This document shows, one piece after another, positions 58,398 through 64,000 of a DNA stretch of 64,000 nucleotides. Source of the DNA: an uncultured Haloferula sp. (lineage in GTDB: Bacteria; Verrucomicrobiota; Verrucomicrobiia; Verrucomicrobiales; Akkermansiaceae); assembly GCA_965652295.1 (NCBI GenBank), contig CBFGTS010000009.1, positions 96,001-160,000 of the forward strand. Reading direction: 5' to 3'. Position 1 is the stretch's first letter. Every line of letters begins with the position of its first letter. Below the pieces are notes generated by a model that made no database searches, was not told the origin of the DNA, and saw nothing but the letters and a program-made list of their open reading frames with translations. The position numbers and the translations under genes are program-made.

Positions 58398-59846
58398 CTA
58401 CAAACTCCGCCAGATATGCAGCACCGCATAGCTCCGCCAAGGCCTCCACACCTGGGACATCGCTTCCGCCCGCTTCGCACTGACGCCACCCAGCTTGTTG
58501 CGCACCGCGATGTCCTCCTTCGGAAAAGCATCCGGCCAGCGCAATGCCCGCATCGCGATGTAGTGCGCTGTCCATCGCCCGATTCCCGGCAGTTCGACCA
58601 AGCGTGCGATGGCCGCATCCGGATCCGATCCGGCATCAAGCGTCAATGCTCCCGTGTGATACGCCTTCGCCATCGCGATGATGCTGGCGGCGCGCGTGCT
58701 GACAATGCCGAGCTTCGCCACCTCATCGATCTTCGCTGCAGCCACCTTTGAAGCCACGGGCGAAAGCCGCGACAATTCCGGAAACGGTGTGCTGACCTCC
58801 TCTCCGAAGGCCTCGGCAAAGCGGCCGGCCATGGTCGTCGCCGCCTTCACGCTGATCTGCTGCCCGAGGATCGCCCGGATCGCCATCTCGAAGCCGTCGA
58901 AGGCCCCTGGCACCCGCAGTCCCGGATGGGCTGCGACGCTCTTCTCCAGCAGCGGATCCTTCTGCAAATGCCCGGCGATGAGATCCGGCCTCGCCGCCAG
59001 ATCGAAGAGATTGCGGAGCCTCCCCAGCAACGCCGGCAGCGCCGGCGTGAGCGAGTGCGTGAACTCCACCAGCAGCGAATGCTTCTGCGGCGCATGCGTG
59101 ACGCGCACCCAACCCCTGTGTTTCCCGAGGCGGACCACGCGCGAGTAACCGTCCCGGGTCACGAACTCCACACCACGGATGCAGCGACCGCCCAGGAAAT
59201 CCAAGGTGCCCTGCCAGTCATACGGCGGCCGGTATCCCAGCTGCAGGGTGGAGGTCTCCGCGGCACCGATGGCAGCAGCATCCCCCGCCACCTCTTTCCG
59301 CATGCGCGTGGGAGGCATCCGGTAGCGGGTGCTGAAAGCGTGGTTGAAGCGGCGAAGACTGGAGAAGCCACTGGCGAAGGCGACCTCAATGACCGGCAGC
59401 TTGGTCTCGGTCAGCAGTTGCTTGGCGAGCAGCAGACGGCGGGTCTGCAGCAACTCGATCGGCGAAACCCCCAGCTCCTTCTGCACAATCCGGCGCAACT
59501 GGCGGGAGCCGACCCCGAACTCCGCCGCGATCTCCTCAAGTCCGGCACCCTCATCGGCCAGTCCTTCGTGGATCCGCTGCACGATCAGATGGGCCATGCG
59601 ATGCGCCTTGTCTACCGGTGCATTGCCCGGTGCCAATTCCGGGCGACAGCGGAGGCAGGGTCGGAAGGAGGCCTTCTCGGCCGCCTCCGCACTTTCAAAA
59701 AAGAGACAGTTCTCCGGCTTTGGTGCCTTCACCGTACACACCGGCCGGCAGTAGATGCCGGTGGAGGTGACGCCGACAAAGAACACGCCATCGAACCGCG
59801 GGTCCCGCGAAGTCATGGCCTGGTAGGCGGCTCGATCATCAATCAT
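58398..59846 (-). CDS. alkA: Ada-AlkA fusion (Ada Zn/AraC domain plus 3-methyladenine DNA glycosylase)
   Basis: TGIYCRPVC, FRPCLRCRPE, AraC HTH, AlkA_N, RAILGQQISV, HhH LPGIGRWTA, WRPWRSYA. Confidence 0.93.
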   Translation of the reverse strand: MIDDRAAYQAMTSRDPRFDGVFFVGVTSTGIYCRPVCTVKAPKPENCLFFESAEAAEKASFRPCLRCRPELAPGNAPVDKAHRMAHLIVQRIHEGLADEGAGLEEIAAEFGVGSRQLRRIVQKELGVSPIELLQTRRLLLAKQLLTETKLPVIEVAFASGFSSLRRFNHAFSTRYRMPPTRMRKEVAGDAAAIGAAETSTLQLGYRPPYDWQGTLDFLGGRCIRGVEFVTRDGYSRVVRLGKHRGWVRVTHAPQKHSLLVEFTHSLTPALPALLGRLRNLFDLAARPDLIAGHLQKDPLLEKSVAAHPGLRVPGAFDGFEMAIRAILGQQISVKAATTMAGRFAEAFGEEVSTPFPELSRLSPVASKVAAAKIDEVAKLGIVSTRAASIIAMAKAYHTGALTLDAGSDPDAAIARLVELPGIGRWTAHYIAMRALRWPDAFPKEDIAVRNKLGGVSAKRAEAMSQVWRPWRSYAVLHIWRSL

Positions 59847-59899
59847 GGTGCTCTCAGATGCCGTTGCTGCACGAAGCTAGGGCATCCGCAGCACCTCCG

Positions 59900-59953
59900 C
59901 TGGCCGTTTTCGGACATGCGATTGTTTTTACTCTCATGTCCGAAAACGGCCAG
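59900..59953. promoter_or_regulatory. Perfect 19-bp inverted repeat, probable paired Ada operator for divergent alkA/ogt
   Basis: ctggccgttttcggacatg (59900-59918) N16 catgtccgaaaacggccag (59935-59953). Confidence 0.75.
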
Positions 59954-59986
59954 TAGTTCTTCAAAACCGGGTCATACTCCAGCAGA

Positions 59987-60529
59987 ATGAAAGCGACGAA
60001 GACGACCTGCCATTTCAAGACTATGCCCTCACCGGTCGGCGAGCTGACCCTCGTGGCAAGCGACAAGGGCCTCGCCGCGATCCTGTGGGAGAACGATGCC
60101 CTGGATCGCGTGAAACTCGGGGAGATGATGGAAAGCCACGACCATCCTGTGCTCCTCGAAACGGAGCGGCAGTTGAAGGACTACTTCGAGGGAAGGTTGG
60201 AGAAGTTCACGGTGAATCTCGATTTCGCGACCGGAACCGATTTCCAGAAGCGGGTCTGGCGAGCCCTGACCACCATCCCCTTTGGCGAAACCCGGAGCTA
60301 TGCACAGATCGCGGAGCAGATCGGAAGTCCCACCGCCGTCCGTGCGGTCGGTGCCGCCAATGGCAAAAACCCCATTTCGATCATCGCACCCTGCCACCGG
60401 GTGATCGGCTCGAATGGCAAACTCACGGGCTTCGCCGGCGGCCTGGAAGCGAAAGCCTACCTCCTCGGCCTCGAATCCAAGAATGGCCCACAGGCCGGAT
60501 CGTCCCAAGGAATACTTTCCCTCGCCTAG
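59987..60529 (+). CDS. ogt: Methylated-DNA--protein-cysteine methyltransferase
   Basis: SPVGEL, GTDFQ..VW, IPFGET.SY, RAVG.ANG.NP, PCHRV. Confidence 0.96.
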   Translation: MKATKTTCHFKTMPSPVGELTLVASDKGLAAILWENDALDRVKLGEMMESHDHPVLLETERQLKDYFEGRLEKFTVNLDFATGTDFQKRVWRALTTIPFGETRSYAQIAEQIGSPTAVRAVGAANGKNPISIIAPCHRVIGSNGKLTGFAGGLEAKAYLLGLESKNGPQAGSSQGILSLA

Positions 60530-60551
60530 CGAAGGAAGAGGACGCGTTCCA

Positions 60552-60588
60552 CCGCTCCACCGGACAGACCATCTTCGGCAAGGTGTGA
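60552..60588 (+). repeat. 37-bp direct repeat, copy 2 (displaced fba 3' fragment)
   Basis: ccgctccaccggacagaccatcttcggcaaggtgtga encodes RSTGQTIFGKV*, identical to the Fba C-terminus. Confidence 0.92.
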
Positions 60589-60653
60589 CTACGGAGAGCG
60601 GCCTTACGCAAGTCGCTCCTCTTCATACCCACAGGCCTCAAGCCCCCTCTCCC

Positions 60654-60681
60654 AAGCCCGGCGCACCCCGCCGGGCTTTTT
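60654..60681 (+). terminator. Rho-independent terminator
   Basis: aagcccggcg-caccc-cgccgggctt-ttt. Confidence 0.85.
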
Positions 60682-60790
60682 CGTGTCCACCCCGATGGAG
60701 CGGGCTCTTCAAGCCGCCCCCCATGGGCGAGCCCATGACACAATCCAGAGTGGAGAGGTTTCCACCCACCAAGACGCCACGAACTTCACG

Positions 60791-61330
60791 TCAGCTCTCG
60801 TGCTGGCCCCCACATGCACCCAGCGCACTGAGGCAAGCCGCCAAGTCGGCGGAAGTCCTCACGTGAAAGAACCGTGGGGACATGGACCCTTCATCGAGAA
60901 TCTCCGGCCGGACCCTCAAGGGGAACCTCCAAATCAGCCGGAACAGCGTCGGAATGATCAGGATCTCCGGACACCTCTCCGGCAAACCCGGCCGCGACCG
61001 AAAGAGGAACCGCCAGTTTCGCTTCATCACACGCAGAAACGAGATTCTCCTCGGGACGTCGAGAAACACGACCGTGTCGGCTCGCGCCTGCACCTCAAAC
61101 GAGACTCCGTCGATCACCCATGCATCCCGCTTCACGAATTCGCCGATCATTTCCGATCTCTCGTCGGCTCCCCGCTTCTTCCACCCCGGCTGCCATATCA
61201 CGCAGTCCAAACCATGCAAAGGAAGAGACAACTCGGCGGCGATGCGCCTCGCCACGGTGGATTTCCCCGAGCCCGCGTTGCCAGTCACCAGAATGCGTTT
61301 GGACCCTCCCGCCTGAGGCATCCTACTCAT
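60791..61330 (-). CDS. Adenylate-kinase-like P-loop protein (FlaR/topology modulation family)
   Basis: RILVTGNAGSGKST, LD...WQPGW, WVIDG, ADTVVFLD, CPE. Start at 61330 or 61321. Confidence 0.8.
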   Translation of the reverse strand: MSRMPQAGGSKRILVTGNAGSGKSTVARRIAAELSLPLHGLDCVIWQPGWKKRGADERSEMIGEFVKRDAWVIDGVSFEVQARADTVVFLDVPRRISFLRVMKRNWRFLFRSRPGLPERCPEILIIPTLFRLIWRFPLRVRPEILDEGSMSPRFFHVRTSADLAACLSALGACGGQHES

Positions 61331-61802
61331 ACGATGTGTAAATTGCCACCAGCTCGCCATCACTAGAGTAAACCACATCGAGCGGAGCCGACCACAGCAG
61401 CAGGTACTGGATCATCCGCTCTCCCGCTTGAAGGCGGTGCTCGCAGCCCCACGCCGACTCGGATGGTTGAATCTCCTTCTTCGAATAGAGCGACAAATAC
61501 GATTCCAGTTCGACTTCCGAGCGAGGCTTCGCCGGGGACCATTTCGATTCCAAGTGCAGCGCCCACAAATAAGGAGCGCTCCCCGAAACCGTAACAAGGA
61601 ACACCACCACAAAGGCGACACCCCCGGTACCCGCGAACCACCGCACCCACTTCTGCCGGTACCGGAGCGCTGCAATGATCAAGCCAGTGCCCAAAAGTAG
61701 TGGCACCACAAAAAGTAGGCTGACGGCTGACCCATTCATGGATGAGACGGAGGAGACGGAGTTCAGGTCGATCACGGTCGATACCGTCCTACGTTCGCTC
61801 AT
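61323..61802 (-). CDS. Hypothetical membrane protein
   Basis: Two hydrophobic segments, coupled to the downstream gene. Start uncertain (61802 or 61739). Confidence 0.55.
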   Translation of the reverse strand: MSERRTVSTVIDLNSVSSVSSMNGSAVSLLFVVPLLLGTGLIIAALRYRQKWVRWFAGTGGVAFVVVFLVTVSGSAPYLWALHLESKWSPAKPRSEVELESYLSLYSKKEIQPSESAWGCEHRLQAGERMIQYLLLWSAPLDVVYSSDGELVAIYTSYE

Positions 61803-61915
61803 CTCTTTTGTCGAGGTCGCAGCGATCTCAAGGAAGAGCCGATACGCGATCGCCGGGGCCTCCGCTCATTGGCCCTATATACGCTTCGGCAGACACGTTC
61901 CGCCGTTCCTTTGGA

Positions 61916-63886
61916 TCACCCCGCCTTGCGCGCGAGCGGGTCCATGATTTCCAGCCAGGGCCTGGTGAGGCCATCCGGCCAGCGTTTCCATAGCTCCATA
62001 TGCAGCCGGCCCACGGCGTGAGGATCGGAAATCAAGGCCATGCGATCGGATTCGTTGAGACCGGCGGTGCCAGCACCAAGCACATAGGGATCGATGTCCA
62101 CCGTTGCCGTAACGGAAGTTTCTCCCAGCAGAGCGAGGTGGGCGGCGTTCCAAACCGGGTCGGCGAGAAGCATTTCGAGATCATCCGGGGGCGTGTCGGA
62201 TTCTCCGTCCGCGCCCAGGGCGATGGCGACCTCCGGGGGAGGCTGGATTTCCTCCGGCGTGCGGAAAAGCCCGCGCAGGGAGGGCCACGCGCGGCTGCTG
62301 ACCACAGAGATCGCGGGACTGGCGAGCAAGCCGAGGATGACCGGCGAGGCGAGCACCATCGCCGCCACGCCACCGATCCTCCATGCGAGCAGCGCCAGGA
62401 CCGCGCCCAGCACCACCTGCCAGCCGTGGGCGATCCAGGCGATCCGCCATGGCGTGCCTTCGGCACCGCGATGCTGGGTGTCCCATCCGACGGTTTTCCC
62501 CAACAGGTTCCACACAACGAAGCGGGTGTGGAAGGCCATGTTGATCGGCGCGATCAGGGCGGAGAAAATCGTTTCCAAGGTCGTGCCGGCCACCACCTTC
62601 GCGAGGCCGCCGAAGCAGCGACGACTCTCGCGATGGCGCGCGAGGTCGAGCACGCAGAGCATCTTCGGGAGGAACAGCAGCAACGCGGTGAAGCCGAGGA
62701 GCTTCCATGCCGCGGAGGCATCGCTGATCCCGTTTTGCGCCATCACCGGGATGCCCAGCAGCACGAGCATCAGCCAGAGCGGTGAAGAGACGTAGCCGAG
62801 GATGCCATTCAGGAAATGCAGCTTGGTCCGCCAGTGGAACCCACGCACACCCAGCAGGATCGAATGCTGGAGATTGCCCTGGCACCAGCGGCGGTCGCGC
62901 ACGGCAGCATCGATCAGCGACTGCGGACCTTCCTCGTAGCTTCCATCCAACTCCGGTACCAATCGTACTTCCCAGCCGGCGGAAACCAGCAGCCCCGCCT
63001 CGACAAAATCGTGCGAGAGGATCGGTCCACCGAAGGGCTGCCGCCCCGGAAGCTCCGGCAACGCGCATTCCCGCATGAAGGGCTCCAGCCGGATGATGGC
63101 GTTGTGCCCCCAGAAGTTTCCGCCGCCTTGCTGCCAAAAGCCGAGCCCGTCCATGAAGACCGGACCGTAAAGACGGTTGGCGAACTGCTGGAGCCGGCCG
63201 TAAAGGCTCTCCGCCCCGACCACCCGCGGCATGGTCTGGAACAGCGCCACATTCGGCTCCATCAGCATCCGCCTGCGCAACTCCCACAAGGTCGGTCCGG
63301 TCATGACGCTGTCGGCGTCGAGCACCACGATGAATTCGTAGTCGCCTCCCCGTTCGCGGCAGAAATCGGCGACGTTTCCGGCCTTCTTCCCGTGATTCCG
63401 CATGCGGTGCCGATAGAAAACGCGGCCCTCCCAAGCCTCGCCGAGAATCCATTCCAACCACGCGCGTTCCTCGGCGAGCCAGGCATCGGAGCGATTCGAA
63501 TCGCTCAGGATGTGGAGGTCGAAATGCTCACCCTCTTCACCGGCCGTGACCGATTCCATGATGGCGCGCAGTCCGCGGAAAACGCGCGCAACCGGCTCGT
63601 TGTAAACCGGCATCAGGATGGCCACGCGGCCATTTCCCGGACCCAGCTCCTCGCCAGGCATGGTGCCCGACCGCGCGCCGGACCACCGGACCCAGACACC
63701 GATCGCGGCATGACTGAAGCCGAAGGCCAGATAAAGAAACAGCGCCGCAAAGATACAAAAAAGCGCCCCTTCGCCAAGGGACCACCCATCTCGCGCAAGC
63801 ACTTCCGCGAACAGCCCCGCGCCGCTCAGAAAGAGTGCTAGCACGAGACCGAAGAAAGCGACCGCCTTGGCCGGATTGCTTTTCAT
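61916..63886 (-). CDS. mdoH: Osmoregulated periplasmic glucan glucosyltransferase OpgH/MdoH
   Basis: MPVYNE, ILSDS, KKAGN, VLDADS, FWGHNAIIR, LSHDFVEA, RDRRWCQGNLQH. Confidence 0.95.
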   Translation of the reverse strand: MKSNPAKAVAFFGLVLALFLSGAGLFAEVLARDGWSLGEGALFCIFAALFLYLAFGFSHAAIGVWVRWSGARSGTMPGEELGPGNGRVAILMPVYNEPVARVFRGLRAIMESVTAGEEGEHFDLHILSDSNRSDAWLAEERAWLEWILGEAWEGRVFYRHRMRNHGKKAGNVADFCRERGGDYEFIVVLDADSVMTGPTLWELRRRMLMEPNVALFQTMPRVVGAESLYGRLQQFANRLYGPVFMDGLGFWQQGGGNFWGHNAIIRLEPFMRECALPELPGRQPFGGPILSHDFVEAGLLVSAGWEVRLVPELDGSYEEGPQSLIDAAVRDRRWCQGNLQHSILLGVRGFHWRTKLHFLNGILGYVSSPLWLMLVLLGIPVMAQNGISDASAAWKLLGFTALLLFLPKMLCVLDLARHRESRRCFGGLAKVVAGTTLETIFSALIAPINMAFHTRFVVWNLLGKTVGWDTQHRGAEGTPWRIAWIAHGWQVVLGAVLALLAWRIGGVAAMVLASPVILGLLASPAISVVSSRAWPSLRGLFRTPEEIQPPPEVAIALGADGESDTPPDDLEMLLADPVWNAAHLALLGETSVTATVDIDPYVLGAGTAGLNESDRMALISDPHAVGRLHMELWKRWPDGLTRPWLEIMDPLARKAG

Positions 63887-63896
63887 CTCATCGTCC

Positions 63897-64000
63897 TCAC
63901 AAGCCCATGGCCGCCATCAGGGCAATGGTTCCGACCAAGGAAGAAGCCAGCAGAGGCATGGTGGCCCGCTGCCAGACGGGCCGGATGTAATGCCGACGGC
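63897..64000 (-). CDS. C-terminal end of a gene upstream of mdoH (partial)
   Basis: Open frame RRHYIRPVWQRATMPLLASSLVGTIALMAAMGL* ending 10 bp before the mdoH start. Confidence 0.5.
   Translation of the reverse strand, partial: RRHYIRPVWQRATMPLLASSLVGTIALMAAMGL

Noticed and set aside
60085..60588. ORF ending with the Fba C-terminal peptide as a real fusion gene
   Set aside because: It overlaps ogt out of frame. The shared tail is simply the 37-bp duplicated fragment.

Overview
High-GC bacterial chromosome segment, most likely Verrucomicrobiota (Haloferula/Luteolibacter-like). This is inferred from the VPEPS..LLG..GLLRRRR PEP-CTERM tails and the gene content. It is mostly core genes (uvrB start, lpxI, tRNA-Leu(CAA), rpsN, deoB, folP, xseB-dxs, priA, thrS-infC, secG, ndh, deoC, pfk, fba, opgH). 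It also carries an NtrBC-like two-component pair, two PEP-CTERM proteins, a TonB-dependent receptor and a GH92/MFS/ROK/GH125 mannoside operon. The most notable items are: (1) a compact type VII secretion-like operon (three WXG100-like/helical proteins plus an EssC-like FtsK ATPase, 32251-36998) in a diderm; (2) an ada-alkA/ogt module flanked by a 37-bp duplication of the fba 3' end, with a perfect 19-bp inverted operator between the two genes; (3) an orphan promoter-to-terminator unit upstream of thrS that looks like an unannotated ECF-sigma-dependent sRNA; (4) REP-like and short-period repeats, one of which lies in frame inside priA; (5) several apparently leaderless genes and a probable AUA start for infC. 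All product calls come from motif recognition by eye; no database searches were run.
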